NCBI RefSeq assembly: GCF_900232105.1
Contig: NZ_LT934425.1
Coordinates: forward strand, 690,001 to 722,000
Origin: Candidatus Kuenenia stuttgartensis
GTDB taxonomy: Bacteria > Planctomycetota > Brocadiia > Brocadiales > Brocadiaceae
DNA: 32,000 nt
Reading direction: 5' to 3'
The translations under genes and the position numbers were made by a program. Of the stretch, positions 17,369 to 28,722 are shown piece after piece (within the stretch, counting starts at the first letter, position 1; every line of letters begins with the position of its first letter). The notes under the pieces are model-generated. The model did not search any database. It was given only the letters and a program-made list of their open reading frames with translations, and was not told the DNA's origin.

Positions 17369-20300
17369 TTACCGTTGATGATACTCCTGGATCGACCTTA
17401 CATCAAGGGTTCCGCTTTTTAATGCCTCTATCGCTCTTACGGCTGCTACAGCGCCGGCAACGGTAGTAAAATAAGGAATTTGATAGGTAAGAGCAGTTCT
17501 TCTGATGGAGAAAGACGCCTCCTGCGCAGCCTTTCCCTCTGCCGTGTTTATGACGAGTTGTACTTCATTATTCTTTATATGGTCAACGATATTCGGGCGC
17601 CCTTCTATTACTTTTAAAACGGGCGTAACAGAAATATTTTCTTCTGAGAGTGCCGCTGCAGTGCCCTTTGTAGCCGTTATTTTAAATCCCATTTGGAGCA
17701 GCTTTTTTGCTATTTGCACGATAGGTTTCTTATCCTTATCCCTTACACTTATAAAAACGGAGCCGACTAATGGGAGGCAGTAATTGGCAGACATCTGCGC
17801 CTTTGCGTATGCGCGCCCGAAATCTTTATCCAGTCCCATAACTTCTCCAGTCGATTTCATTTCAGGCCCCAGCAATGTATCAACCCCTTTAAACTTTAAA
17901 AAGGGGAAAACCGCCTCTTTTACGGCAGTGTGTCTCATCGTGATATTTTCGGGCATATTTAACCCACGAAGCTTTTCCCCTGCAATTACTTTAGCCGCAA
18001 TCTTAGCCATCGGCACGCCTATCGCCTTGCTTACAAAGGGTATTGTCCTTGAAGCGCGCGGATTCACCTCCAGCACATATATCACCTTATCTTTTACCGC
18101 ATATTGAATGTTAATAAGGCCTATGACGTTCAGTGCAAGCGCTATTATCCGTGTTTCCTTCTTTAATTCTTCTATAATTTCATTATTCACTGAATAAGGT
18201 GGGAGCGAGCAGGCACTGTCTCCGGAATGAACACCTGCTTCCTCTATATGTTCCATTACTCCCCCGATAAATACTTCTTCTCCGTCACTGATTGCATCAA
18301 CATCAATTTCTATTGCGTCCTGCAAAAAGCTGTCTATTAAAACGGGATGTTCATGCGATACTTCCACCGCATGGGAAATATAATGCTCCAGACCCTGTTC
18401 ATCGTATACAATACGCATTGCACTTCCGCCCAAAACATACGATGGGCGTAATAAAACCGGATATCCTATCCTTTTTGCTATCATCTTCGCATCTTCCGCA
18501 GAGTTTGCACAGCCATTTTCCGGCTGCTTTAGTCCTAACCGGTTCATAAGCAACGCAAACCGTTCACGGTCTTCGGCAACATCAATATTCTCAGGAGAAG
18601 TGCCCAGAATTTTCACCCCTTCTTTTTCCAGGGGAACCGCGAGCTTCAGCGGAGTCTGCCCTCCAAATTGAACAATTACGCCCTCGGGTTTCTCCTTGTG
18701 AATTATCTCCAGAACATCTTCCATGGTTAGAGGTTCAAAGTAGAGCCTGTCAGAAGTGTCGTAATCCGTGCTTACCGTTTCCGGATTACAATTCACCATA
18801 ATGGTTTCATACCCCAGCTCTTTTAAGGCGTAAACTCCATGCACACAACAGTAATCGAACTCAATTCCTTGTCCTATCCGATTAGGGCCGCTCCCCAAAA
18901 TAATAATCTTTCTCTTTGTAGTGGGATCCGCTTCACACGAAGTTTCGTACGTTGAATATAAATAAGGGGTAAATGCTTTAAACTCTGCGGCACATGTATC
19001 CACATGTTTAAATACCGGCCTCACAGACGTCCGGTACCGGTATTCCCTTATTGTCTTCTCATCGGAACCGCATAACCTGGCTAAAAATATATCAGAAAAC
19101 CCATATTGTTTTGCTTTTGCAAGCAATTCAGCATTCATAACAAAATCCCTGTTTTTTTGTGATGCGTCATTGTCCTTTAACTTTACCATTAAATGTCTTT
19201 GTTTAATCTCATTTTCAAGGTCTGTTATTTGTTTAATGTTATAAAGAAACCATTTGTCAATACGGGAATAGGTATAAATTTCGTCAAGGGTCATGCCCAG
19301 ACGAAAAGCGTCCGCAATATGCCATAACCTGTCGGGGGTTGGCGTAATCAGTTTCATTTGTAAATATTCCGATTTTTGTTCAGCCGTCCAGTCATCGATT
19401 CCAGAAGGCAGGAGGGGGTCAAAACCGCTTCGCCCGGTTTCGAGAGAACGAATCGCCTTGCCTACCGCTTCTTTAAAAGTACGGCCAATCGCCATAACCT
19501 CACCGACTGATTTCATATGAATAGTAAGCTCCTGGATAGTATCAGGGAATTTGTCAAAATTGAACCGCGGAATTTTGACTACACAATAATCTATGGCCGG
19601 TTCAAAGCAGGCGGGGGTGTAGCGGGTAATGTCATTAGGGATTTCATCGAGCGTATACCCGATTGCAAGTTTTGCGGCGATCTTTGCGATAGGGAATCCT
19701 GTGGCTTTTGAAGCCAATGCAGAACTCCTTGAGACCCTTGGATTCATTTCAATCGCAAGCATCTCGCCATTTTCAGGGTTGACGGCAAACTGAATATTTG
19801 AACCTCCGGTTTCAACGCCTATTTCCCTGATGATTCTGACCGCGGCATCACGCATTTTCTGATACTCCATGTCAGTAAGCGTCTGCGCAGGCGCCACAGT
19901 GATACTGTCGCCCGTATGGACTCCCATTGGGTCAAAATTTTCAATAGAGCATATGATGACGACATTATCTTTTAAGTCACGCATAACTTCCAGTTCATAC
20001 TCTTTCCACCCAAGAACTGAACGTTCTACTAAAACTTCATGAATGGGGCTTGTCTCCAGCCCTGTAGTTATATACTCTTTATATTCTTCAATGTTATACG
20101 CCGTACTGCCTCCTGACCCTCCAAGCGTGAAAGATGCACGGATAATGGCAGGGAAACCGATGGCGTCTATAATCTTCAGCGCAGTGTCTAAAGAATTGAC
20201 ATACACACTTTCAGGCACTTGTACGCCAATACGCCCCATCGCCGCCTTAAATTGCGAACGGTCTTCAGCCATTTTTATGGCTTTTAGTTTTGCGCCTATA

Positions 20301-20644
20301 AGCTCTACATTAAACTTATCCAATACGCCTTTTTCTGCAAGGGACACAGCGGCATTTAGCCCTGTCTGCCCCCCAAGCGTCGGCAATATCGCCTGCGGGC
20401 GTTCCTTTTCAATGATTTTTGTAATTATTTCCGTTGTGATGGGTTCAATATACGTTTTGTCCGCCACCTCCGGGTCAGTCATAATCGTCGCCGGGTTGCT
20501 GTTTACCAGGATAACCGTATATCCCTCTTCCCTTAAGGCGTGGCATGCCTGGGTGCCGGAATAATCAAATTCGCACGCCTGGCCAATGACAATAGGGCCA
20601 GAGCCAATAATCAGGATTTTTTCAATATCATTTCGTTTGGGCAT
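17369..20644 (-). CDS. carB: Carbamoyl-phosphate synthase large subunit
   Basis: [42 protein letters not shown]..., full-length 1091 aa. Confidence 0.98.
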   Translation of the reverse strand: MPKRNDIEKILIIGSGPIVIGQACEFDYSGTQACHALREEGYTVILVNSNPATIMTDPEVADKTYIEPITTEIITKIIEKERPQAILPTLGGQTGLNAAVSLAEKGVLDKFNVELIGAKLKAIKMAEDRSQFKAAMGRIGVQVPESVYVNSLDTALKIIDAIGFPAIIRASFTLGGSGGSTAYNIEEYKEYITTGLETSPIHEVLVERSVLGWKEYELEVMRDLKDNVVIICSIENFDPMGVHTGDSITVAPAQTLTDMEYQKMRDAAVRIIREIGVETGGSNIQFAVNPENGEMLAIEMNPRVSRSSALASKATGFPIAKIAAKLAIGYTLDEIPNDITRYTPACFEPAIDYCVVKIPRFNFDKFPDTIQELTIHMKSVGEVMAIGRTFKEAVGKAIRSLETGRSGFDPLLPSGIDDWTAEQKSEYLQMKLITPTPDRLWHIADAFRLGMTLDEIYTYSRIDKWFLYNIKQITDLENEIKQRHLMVKLKDNDASQKNRDFVMNAELLAKAKQYGFSDIFLARLCGSDEKTIREYRYRTSVRPVFKHVDTCAAEFKAFTPYLYSTYETSCEADPTTKRKIIILGSGPNRIGQGIEFDYCCVHGVYALKELGYETIMVNCNPETVSTDYDTSDRLYFEPLTMEDVLEIIHKEKPEGVIVQFGGQTPLKLAVPLEKEGVKILGTSPENIDVAEDRERFALLMNRLGLKQPENGCANSAEDAKMIAKRIGYPVLLRPSYVLGGSAMRIVYDEQGLEHYISHAVEVSHEHPVLIDSFLQDAIEIDVDAISDGEEVFIGGVMEHIEEAGVHSGDSACSLPPYSVNNEIIEELKKETRIIALALNVIGLINIQYAVKDKVIYVLEVNPRASRTIPFVSKAIGVPMAKIAAKVIAGEKLRGLNMPENITMRHTAVKEAVFPFLKFKGVDTLLGPEMKSTGEVMGLDKDFGRAYAKAQMSANYCLPLVGSVFISVRDKDKKPIVQIAKKLLQMGFKITATKGTAAALSEENISVTPVLKVIEGRPNIVDHIKNNEVQLVINTAEGKAAQEASFSIRRTALTYQIPYFTTVAGAVAAVRAIEALKSGTLDVRSIQEYHQR

Positions 20645-20780
20645 TTTATATATAGCTAAAAGTATCTATTCCCCGAAAAATTTAATGTAGCATCTTAATA
20701 TCGATAGGGTTGGTTGGCACGAACAAACTTATTAGTCCCTAAGCTGGTATAGCTGGAACATAACAAGCACAATATAAAAA

Positions 20781-20900
20781 ATCCGAAATGCGAAGCACGA
20801 AATCCGAAACAAATTTCAAAATACAAAATCTCAATGAAAAAAACGGGTTTTGAACATTTTGAAATTAAAATTTAGCATTTATTTCGTATTTCGAATTTGG
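20781..20900. repeat. Degenerate cgaaat/atttcg AT-rich repeat in the carA-carB spacer
   Basis: atccgaaatgcgaagcacgaaatccgaaacaaatttc ... tttcgtatttcgaatttgg, one arm complementary in character to the other. Confidence 0.55.
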
Positions 20901-20963
20901 TTGCAGCCAAAGGCCGCGCCAAGAAATCTGTGGTTTCCTTTTTGCTCATATCTCTCCAAAGCA

Positions 20964-22085
20964 TCAACTTTTCATCGTCTGCAAAAATCTATCAAACAAA
21001 TAATCTGCATCGTGAGGCCCTGGGGAGGCTTCCGGGTGGTATTGCACGGAAAAGGCAGGCACAGAATGGCATTTCAACCCCTCTACGGATTTATCATTTA
21101 AGTTCAGATGTGTAATTTCCACATCCCCATAAGTGCTTTTATGCAACATGCCCTGCGATGGTATTTCCACGGCAAAACAGTGATTCTGGGCAGTGATTTC
21201 CACCTTTTTAGTCGATAAATCCATGACGGGTTGGTTTCCGCCATGATGCCCAAACTTGAGTTTGGACGTTTTCAGCCCCAATGCGAGCGCCAGCAACTGA
21301 TGTCCCAGGCATATCCCAAATATTGGCCTTTTCCCTAACAGGCCTTTAATGTTCTCAATCATATATGAAACGACCGAAGGGTCTCCAGGTCCGTTGGAAA
21401 GAACAATGCCGTCAGGATTCATCTCCAATACCGTTTCAAATGAGGTTTTTGCAGGAACGACGTGTACAGAACAACCGGCATGCGCCAATTTTCTTAAAAT
21501 AGAGTATTTTACGCCACAATCATAAACAATAACCTTGTATTTACGGGATAAGTGAGGTGTGCCTTTTTTATTTACCCAGTCATACGGTTTTTCACAGGTC
21601 ACCTTTGCAACCAAATCTCTTCCGGTAAGACCAGGCGCTGATTTTGCTTTTTCCTGCAACCGTGTCCTATCAAAATCTATGGTTGAAATAATGCCCTGCT
21701 GCGATCCAAAATCACGGATCTGGCATGTAAGTGCCCTGGTATCAATACCTTGAATACCAACGATCCCCTTTTTCACAAGAAATTCTGATAAATCTATTTT
21801 TGACCGCCAATTACTGGAGAATGGAGAGCATTCTTTAACGATAAATCCTTCCAGAAAAAGTTTGTATGATTCAACGTCCTCTTCATTAATGCCATAATTG
21901 CCTATTAACGGATACGTTAAAGCAACAATCTGACCTGCATATGATGGATCTGTCAGGATTTCCTGATATCCCATCATGCTCGTATTGAAGACAAGTTCCC
22001 CAATTGTCTCTCCGGCAGCCCCTAATGAGCATCCATTGAAACACGTTCCGTCTTCCAGTACCAATATTGCCTTTTTTTCATTCAT
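20964..22085 (-). CDS. carA: Carbamoyl-phosphate synthase small subunit
   Basis: KAILVLEDGTCFNGCSLGAAGETIGELVFNTSMMGYQEILTDPSYAGQIV...GICLGHQLLALALG, with glutamine amidotransferase motif. Confidence 0.97.
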   Translation of the reverse strand: MNEKKAILVLEDGTCFNGCSLGAAGETIGELVFNTSMMGYQEILTDPSYAGQIVALTYPLIGNYGINEEDVESYKLFLEGFIVKECSPFSSNWRSKIDLSEFLVKKGIVGIQGIDTRALTCQIRDFGSQQGIISTIDFDRTRLQEKAKSAPGLTGRDLVAKVTCEKPYDWVNKKGTPHLSRKYKVIVYDCGVKYSILRKLAHAGCSVHVVPAKTSFETVLEMNPDGIVLSNGPGDPSVVSYMIENIKGLLGKRPIFGICLGHQLLALALGLKTSKLKFGHHGGNQPVMDLSTKKVEITAQNHCFAVEIPSQGMLHKSTYGDVEITHLNLNDKSVEGLKCHSVPAFSVQYHPEASPGPHDADYLFDRFLQTMKS

Positions 22086-22176
22086 AATTTATAACACCGG
22101 GGAATTTCAATATTTTTGTATAGACGCATTGCATACGTCTCTGTTTTGTCAACATTTTCATTACATGCAACAGTTT

Positions 22177-22199
22177 ATAGACGCATGCAATGCGTCTAT
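22177..22199. repeat. Perfect 10-bp hairpin ATAGACGCAT-gca-ATGCGTCTAT with a related copy nearby
   Basis: Directly visible. A related copy tagacgcattgcatacgtct lies at 22121-22140. Confidence 0.6.
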
Positions 22200-22429
22200 G
22201 CAATTAAACATCAGCAACGGCATAAAGTCGCTGCCAAAGGCAGCTTAATTTGTTTTAATGCAAAGCCTTACGATAGGTTTACCGCAGACATTGCAATAGT
22301 TTTAGGATTTCAAATCGTACAACTAAAAAATAAATGTGTCAAGGCAAATTAAAAAACTTTGCCATGTTAGCTTTTTGCTTGATTAAGACTTTGCCTCTGT
22401 TATAGTTATAGGAAATAATATGCTACTTT

Positions 22430-22490
22430 GTAACACTTTAGTTTTTTGAAAAATTCCAATAATAGCGGTGTTTTGCCGCATAGTGTAAGG
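22430..22490 (+). repeat. Dispersed repeat, copy 1
   Basis: gtaacactttagttttttgaaaaattccaataatagcggtgttttgccgcatagtgtaaggg is near-identical to 30368-30427. Confidence 0.75.
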
Positions 22491-22682
22491 GCGAAGTATT
22501 TGCTGTAAATTGTCATAAATGCATTCATACCCAAAGGAGCAAATGTTTCGCCCATTCTTTTTAAAAAAACTAAAATGTTACGAAATTATCGTATATTTAT
22601 GTAATATTATTATCTTTAAATAACAGTTCATGCTTGTCCTTTTACAACACGGGCAGTATTTCATAGACAAATCAATTGTGAG

Positions 22683-23918
22683 GTGTATTCAATGCAATTC
22701 AATTCAATACAAGAAGTAATAGAAGACCTTAGAAATGGGAAAATGACAATATTAATAGACGACGAGAGTCGGGAAAATGAGGGGGATTTAATTCTTGCAG
22801 CGGAAAGGGTTACTCCCGAAGCTATTAACTTTATACTAACACATGCAAGAGGCATTCTTTGCCTTGCGATAAATGCCAAAAGGGCTGAAGAACTGGACTT
22901 TTATCCAATGGTTTCCAATAACACATCAAGCTTTCAGACGCCTTTTACCGTTTCCGTTGACGCCGCAAGAGAAATTTCCACAGGCGTATCTTCCAAAGAC
23001 AGGGCAACGACCATATTAACAGCCATTGATGATAATGCCACTGCGGAAGACTTTGTTCGACCAGGTCACATATTTCCGCTAAAGGCGCATAACGGCGGAG
23101 TTCTTGTCAGAGCCGGCCATACAGAAGGAGCCGTTGACCTAACCCGCATTGCCGGTCTCAAAAATGCCGCAGTCATTTGCGAAATTATGAGGGAAGACGG
23201 AAACATGGCAAAACTTCCGGACCTCAAAAAATTTGCCGAAAAAAACAATCTCAAAATCTGTACAATTGCGGATATCATAAAATACCGCCATGAACAGGAA
23301 CGATTAATTGAGAAACGCGTAACCGCAAAACTCCCCACAATATATGGGGAATTCATCCTTCATCTCTATCGTTCCTTTGTTGATGAGTACCTCCACCTTG
23401 CTTTATGCCTGGAAGTTGGCAGCAAAGACATAAATACTCCTTCCCCAATGCAAAATGAACCGATACTGGTAAGGGTACACGATGAATGTCTGACGAGCGA
23501 TGTTTTCGGTTCTTTGCGTTGTGACTGCGGAGAACAGCTTCATAATGCCCTCAAAATCATAAAGGAAAACGGTAAGGGTGTTTTGCTTTATATGAGGCAG
23601 GAAGGACGAGGGATCGGCTTAGAAAACAAATTGCATGCGTACCACTTACAAGATAAAGGATTGGATACGGTAGAGGCAAATGAGAAACTAGGACTTCCAG
23701 TGGACAAAAGGGACTATGGAATCGGCGCACAAATTTTAAGAGATCTGGGCATTACTAAAATGCGTTTGCTTTCGAACAATCCAAAAAAATTTGCCGCGCT
23801 TGCAGGATATGGACTGGAAATAGTTGAGCGCGTGCCAATCGTTGTTGAACCAAACGCAGAAAATCAAAAATATCTGCGTACGAAAAAGGAAAAACTTGGA
23901 CACATGATAGAGACGTAA
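22683..23918 (+). CDS. ribBA: Bifunctional DHBP synthase / GTP cyclohydrolase II
   Basis: MTILIDDESRENEGDLILAAERVTPEAINFILTHARGILC...RVHDECLTSDVFGSLRCDCGEQL...YMRQEGRGIGLENKLHAY. The actual start may be ATG 22695. Confidence 0.97.
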   Translation: MYSMQFNSIQEVIEDLRNGKMTILIDDESRENEGDLILAAERVTPEAINFILTHARGILCLAINAKRAEELDFYPMVSNNTSSFQTPFTVSVDAAREISTGVSSKDRATTILTAIDDNATAEDFVRPGHIFPLKAHNGGVLVRAGHTEGAVDLTRIAGLKNAAVICEIMREDGNMAKLPDLKKFAEKNNLKICTIADIIKYRHEQERLIEKRVTAKLPTIYGEFILHLYRSFVDEYLHLALCLEVGSKDINTPSPMQNEPILVRVHDECLTSDVFGSLRCDCGEQLHNALKIIKENGKGVLLYMRQEGRGIGLENKLHAYHLQDKGLDTVEANEKLGLPVDKRDYGIGAQILRDLGITKMRLLSNNPKKFAALAGYGLEIVERVPIVVEPNAENQKYLRTKKEKLGHMIET

Positions 23919-24029
23919 TAATTAACAACCTAAACAGTGTTGGTAAAGCTTCAAAACCGGTAAAAAGATATTGAAACCACAGATCCTCCGTATTACACAT
24001 ATTTTTAAATCAGGCATTTGGCAGTACCA

Positions 24030-24638
24030 TCAGGAGGCAGCAGCCAGCTTATCCAAAATACTCCGTAACATGCGAGGGTCGATGTACCTTATACCTAGCT
24101 TATCCGCCCATTTGACAATGCCGGTATCCGCAGTCATCATTATGCCGTCCATTTCTTTTGCAAGCAGGATTAAATCAACGTCTTCTTTGCTGTCAATAAT
24201 TCCCTCACGCAGCGCCATGCGATATTTTTTCCTGAGATTTGCTATCGCTTCAGGTTCGGTATCGGGCGAGGTTTCCCTGACGGCGGTTTCCGCCACCCTC
24301 AAGCCCTTATCGATCCTCAGCCGTACGTCTTCAATAAGTTCATAGAGCAAAAACGCGGGAACGGTCAACTCGTAACGTTTCGGGGATTTTTGCTGCAATA
24401 ACATTTGCAAATCAACTTGTATATCTTTTATCTCTACAAAGTTTAAAAGCTCCTCATAAATCGTCTGCGGCATATAAAAGGTAGGCCCTTTCAATTTGCT
24501 GATAATTTCAAGAAAAGAACGCAGGGCATCTGTAGGGTCATTGCCAAAGGTCTGATAAACTTCCGGATTGGTAAAGATACTGGTATCGATAATTATCTTT
24601 TCGTTGATGATTTGTTCATGTTTTATGTCTTTTTGCAT
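24030..24638 (-). CDS. RNA ligase partner protein (PIN-domain)
   Basis: [32 protein letters not shown]...[33 protein letters not shown]...[54 protein letters not shown]. Confidence 0.8.
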   Translation of the reverse strand: MQKDIKHEQIINEKIIIDTSIFTNPEVYQTFGNDPTDALRSFLEIISKLKGPTFYMPQTIYEELLNFVEIKDIQVDLQMLLQQKSPKRYELTVPAFLLYELIEDVRLRIDKGLRVAETAVRETSPDTEPEAIANLRKKYRMALREGIIDSKEDVDLILLAKEMDGIMMTADTGIVKWADKLGIRYIDPRMLRSILDKLAAAS

Positions 24639-25870
24639 ATAGTTCTTTCATTTTCAGTAAGCTGAAATATTTTTTTAAAAAGTTCCTCTTCCGCAGCGGA
24701 CATTTTTTTATCCCGTCTTTCCATAGCAAGCCTTGCCACACATAATGCCTTATCCCACTCGTAAACCCTTATCCCATTGACGGTACACCATGAAAACGAA
24801 GGTAGATATTTCGGAGGATAGAGATTGGTGACAATATTGCATGCAAAGCCAATGACACTCCCTGTCATAATCGTCGTATTTATGGCGGTTTTCGTATGAT
24901 CTCCCATCGCCATGCCAAGGGAATTGTGGTTTGTGTTTATGAGGGTATTTCCCATTTGAACTTTTATGAGGCCATAGGTATTAAGTAAATTACTGTTCGT
25001 TGTATCCGCCCCGATGTTGACCCATGAACCAAGATAGGAGTCGCCCAAGAATCCGTCATGTTGTTTGTTGGTAAAGCTGTGGAATATTGTGTTTACGATT
25101 TCTCCCCCTATTTTGCATACTTCTCCGATATTGGTGCCTCCCCGTAACCGCGAATTGGGCAGGATTACAGAATTATCTCCAATGTAAACCGGCCCCTCAA
25201 TGGAGGTATTAGGGGAAATGGTTACATTATTGCCAATATAAACCGGCCCATTCTCTGCGTCGAGTACACAGCAAGGTTTGATCCTGCTGCCCTTTCCAAT
25301 GTATATCTTATCTTTATTGATGAGATAAGTGCCTTCATACACGTTCCCCGCATTCCGTCCCTCCTTAACAAATAAGGAAAAGTCTTCCGCTATTTGATGT
25401 GCATTACGTTTTATAATGTCCCAATAATAACTGAATACCGGCGTATGAATATCAACCCTAGGCAAGGTGTTTTCCCATTTTTCATGATAGTTTTCTTCAA
25501 GAAATGTGTTATACGATATTTTTCCAGGGGAATTTTTTTTGAGACGAAGGTAAACAACCGTATCGCCTTGCATGCCAATTTCCTCAGGGCCTTCCAAAGA
25601 AACAGGACGCGAAAGAATCGCGCGGCCGTTTATAAAAAGACAGCTATCGTTCTGTTTCCGGGGGGCATTCACCTCCAGGGGATAACGTTCCTTTACAATA
25701 TCCGCGAGGGCATCCCTGCAGAAAAGGGTAATGGTAGCACCGGGATAAAGTCTAGATATCCTTTCCCATTGCGTATACAAACCACAACGCAACTCAAACG
25801 TTGCCCTGGTGTATACGAGGGGAGCAAGGCGTGAATAATTGGCGTCTTCGAAAATATAAATATGAGACAA
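24623..25870 (-). CDS. GlmU-family sugar nucleotidyltransferase/acyltransferase-like protein
   Basis: [30 protein letters not shown]..., then left-handed beta-helix hexapeptide repeats ([29 protein letters not shown]). Confidence 0.8.
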   Translation of the reverse strand: MSHIYIFEDANYSRLAPLVYTRATFELRCGLYTQWERISRLYPGATITLFCRDALADIVKERYPLEVNAPRKQNDSCLFINGRAILSRPVSLEGPEEIGMQGDTVVYLRLKKNSPGKISYNTFLEENYHEKWENTLPRVDIHTPVFSYYWDIIKRNAHQIAEDFSLFVKEGRNAGNVYEGTYLINKDKIYIGKGSRIKPCCVLDAENGPVYIGNNVTISPNTSIEGPVYIGDNSVILPNSRLRGGTNIGEVCKIGGEIVNTIFHSFTNKQHDGFLGDSYLGSWVNIGADTTNSNLLNTYGLIKVQMGNTLINTNHNSLGMAMGDHTKTAINTTIMTGSVIGFACNIVTNLYPPKYLPSFSWCTVNGIRVYEWDKALCVARLAMERRDKKMSAAEEELFKKIFQLTENERTICKKT

Positions 25871-25943
25871 ATTGAATTACCCTCTTTTCCATGGAAAGAC
25901 CTTAATTTCTTTGCATTTTCAGGCAAAATATTTAACAGTAAAA

Positions 25944-26118
25944 TCCGAAAACACGAGATACGAAACAAATTCCAATAACAAAATGATTTGAAATTCTAAA
26001 CAAGTACGTCTTTCGTATCTTGCATTTCGTGCTTCATATTGTTGTATGTTTTGGATTTTATGCTTTGTTATTCGAATTTGTTTCGTATTTCGTACTTCGT
26101 ATTTCGTATTTCTTGCTT
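25944..26118. repeat. Degenerate cgaaat/atttcgt AT-rich repeat
   Basis: tccgaaaacacgagatacgaaacaaattc ... gtttcgtatttcgtacttcgtatttcgtatttcttgc. It yields the spurious ORF 25919-26188. Confidence 0.65.
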
Positions 26119-26362
26119 GGTTCAGGCTTTGCCAGTTTAGGATACTGAGAGGGTTAAACATTGTCAAGCCAATAACAGATATACTCAAAAGGTTTACAGT
26201 TTAATACAAAGCCATTTACTGGCCAAAAAACCCATTATCATTTTGCTATAATCGTTGACGGAATTTGTTAACTGTGCTAAAATTCCTTACAATGTATTCC
26301 TTTTCACATGAAGGGAGTATCGTCATATTATCACATAGCATCGTACAAATATCGTTATTTAA

Positions 26363-27982
26363 ATGAACAAAACTACGATAAATATACGCTTATTGACCGT
26401 CATCCTGGTACTTTTCCTTTCATTCCTCTTTCTCTTCAATACAGGAAAAAGGGATTTTTGGGCGCCGGATGAACCCCGTTACGCACAGGTCTCCAAAGAA
26501 ATGCGGGATAGCGGCAATTTTATACTTCCGCAGTTAAATAGCGAACCATATCCCCACAAACCCCCCCTTTTATTCTGGATGATTAATCTGTTTTCCGTCC
26601 CGTTCGGTAAAATAACGCACCTGTCCGCGCGTTTGCCTTCTGCCCTCGCAGGTGTGGGATGCTGCCTGATACTGTTTAATTTTGCCAGAAATGTTTTCCA
26701 TAACACCAGAATAGGCTTGCTTTCAGCCCTTATACTCGCCACCAGCATAAAATTCCTTTGGATGACGCACCGTGCTGCCTTTGACGTGCTGCTTACCTTT
26801 TTCGTTATGGCAGCCTTGTTCAGTTTCTATAAAGGCTATAAGGAAGCGGGAAATAAAGGCCGTTATTACACCCTCTTTTATATCTTCATGGCCCTTGGAA
26901 CGCTTACAAAAGGCCCTGTAGGATTTCTTCTTCCATTCCTCGTAGTCGTGGCATATCTTTCTCTGAAAAGAGATATAAAAGTTTTGAAAGAAACAAAACC
27001 CTGGATAGGGGGAGTTCTTTTTGCAATTTTGGTGTTCTCGTGGGTATATCTGGCAGGCATATACGGTGGTAAGGAATATACGCAACAAATATTATTCAAG
27101 CAAAATATCGGACGGTTCGCTGATTCCTTTGCCCATAAACGGCCTCTTTATTACTATTTTATCCATTTCCCCCTGAATTATTTTCCGTGGACAATCTTTA
27201 TCCCAGGCGTTGTCGTGTATCTGTTTTCACGAGAAGGGAGAAAGAGGTTTCAGGAAGTGGTATTCCCTGCGGTTTGGTTTGTCGTTATCTTCTTTTTCTT
27301 TTCTATCGTTTCGGGGAAAAGGGACATCTACGTTCTTCCACTCTATCCTGCCGCCTCTTTAATAATCGCATGGTTTCTGAATGAGTTTGTAGAACAATTC
27401 AGGGATATCCGTTTCAGGAAAACAGGCTATATCCCTTGTTATTTCATAAGCGGACTAACCATATTTCTAGGGTTTCTCTTACCGTTAGGTATATACAAAT
27501 TTCGGCCTGAACACATTCGTCTTACCATACCATTTGTATTGTTACTTTTTGCCGGCGGCATAATTATGCTGCGTTTCATAAAACACTCAAGAATATTGCC
27601 TTTCCTCTTTGTCCTCATCCTGCTTGTTTTCTCTCTATTTACCCTGAGTACACTGCAGGTAATCCCATTATTAAATCAGTACAAATCGGCAAAGGAAATT
27701 TGCGACAAGGCAAATGCTGCAATGAAACCCGGCGATCAACTGGCAATGTATAATTTTCTCAGAGACACATACCTGTTTTATACGAATAGAAATCACATGC
27801 CGGTAATAAATGATTCTGAGGATCTGAAGAAATACATGAATTCAAACGAACGGGTCTTTCTGTTTATCAGAGACAAGGATTTTAAAAAGGTGTCAGAGTC
27901 ACAGGATATACCCATCTTTGTAATTGCCAGGGATTCCGTAGGGCATCGGGAGATGCTTTTTGTGTCAAACAAGGATATTTGA
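26363..27982 (+). CDS. ArnT-like glycosyltransferase family 39 membrane protein
   Basis: KRDFWAPDEPRYAQVSKEMRDSGNFILPQLNSEPYPHKPPLLFWMINLFSVPFG..., polytopic membrane protein. Confidence 0.88.
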   Translation: MNKTTINIRLLTVILVLFLSFLFLFNTGKRDFWAPDEPRYAQVSKEMRDSGNFILPQLNSEPYPHKPPLLFWMINLFSVPFGKITHLSARLPSALAGVGCCLILFNFARNVFHNTRIGLLSALILATSIKFLWMTHRAAFDVLLTFFVMAALFSFYKGYKEAGNKGRYYTLFYIFMALGTLTKGPVGFLLPFLVVVAYLSLKRDIKVLKETKPWIGGVLFAILVFSWVYLAGIYGGKEYTQQILFKQNIGRFADSFAHKRPLYYYFIHFPLNYFPWTIFIPGVVVYLFSREGRKRFQEVVFPAVWFVVIFFFFSIVSGKRDIYVLPLYPAASLIIAWFLNEFVEQFRDIRFRKTGYIPCYFISGLTIFLGFLLPLGIYKFRPEHIRLTIPFVLLLFAGGIIMLRFIKHSRILPFLFVLILLVFSLFTLSTLQVIPLLNQYKSAKEICDKANAAMKPGDQLAMYNFLRDTYLFYTNRNHMPVINDSEDLKKYMNSNERVFLFIRDKDFKKVSESQDIPIFVIARDSVGHREMLFVSNKDI

Positions 27983-28129
27983 CAAGGACAATCGCATAAT
28001 ATCGCATGATAACGACAATACTTTCAGAACATTATACAGACATTCATTATCCCAACCGGCAATTAATCTCTTTTATGAATTTATTCGTTGGATAAAACGT
28101 TAAATCGGATTTTACAGGAGGCGTCAAAA

Positions 28130-28722
28130 ATGAAAAAAAAATCACCCGTAAAAAAATCATTGCCTTAATGGGTATCATTATAATTGCGATTGTTGTACTC
28201 AAATATCTGGACAGAGTAGAGCCGGTTCTTGAAATCGTTCCAATGGAATTAAATTTTGGCGATATTGAAACCAAAAAGTCATTTACCTTACTGAATAAAG
28301 GAAAAGAAAAGTGGAAAATTCTTTCTAATGTAAAGACACTTCAGTATGAAATTGATATCCCTAAAGACATCGAATGGATTTCGCTTCCGCTAAAATCCGG
28401 GATGTGCGAAAAACAAGAAGAAAAAAACGTCACTGTTGTTATTAACAGAGATAAACTTTCCGTAGGGAAGAACATGTGAACAATCGAAGCAAAATCGAAT
28501 GACAACAATAAAACTATTAATATTGTAGCGGAGAGGATAAAAGAAGAAAAATTCATAAAAATAATGCGTCCCCATGCAAGAACGTCATTGTTAATAGACA
28601 ATGAATTCACTATTCAGTGGATAGCAACCGCAAGCATAGGTAATTATGTGGATATTCTTCTTTTACTATACCGTAAGAGTTCGCAAATAGGGATTTCTAA
28701 AATTAGATTTAACTTTTGTTGA
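28130..28722 (+). pseudogene. Membrane-anchored beta-sandwich-like protein, degraded by a frameshift and an in-frame stop
   Basis: The RBS-preceded ATG 28130 and a Lys-rich start are one base out of frame with MGIIIIAIVVLKYLDRVEPVLEIVPMELNFGDIETKKSFTLLNKGK. The main frame continues past TGA 28477-28479 as TIEAKSNDNNKTINIVAER...FTIQWIATASIGNYVDILLLLYRK to 28722. Confidence 0.6.

Noticed and set aside
17505-20564. Plus-strand ORFs antisense to carB (92-173 aa)
   Set aside because: Shadow ORFs opposite an unambiguous carB frame.
25919-26188. 89-aa minus ORF (ARNTKYEVRNTKQIRITKHK...)
   Set aside because: Translation of a cgaaat-type degenerate nucleotide repeat, not a protein.
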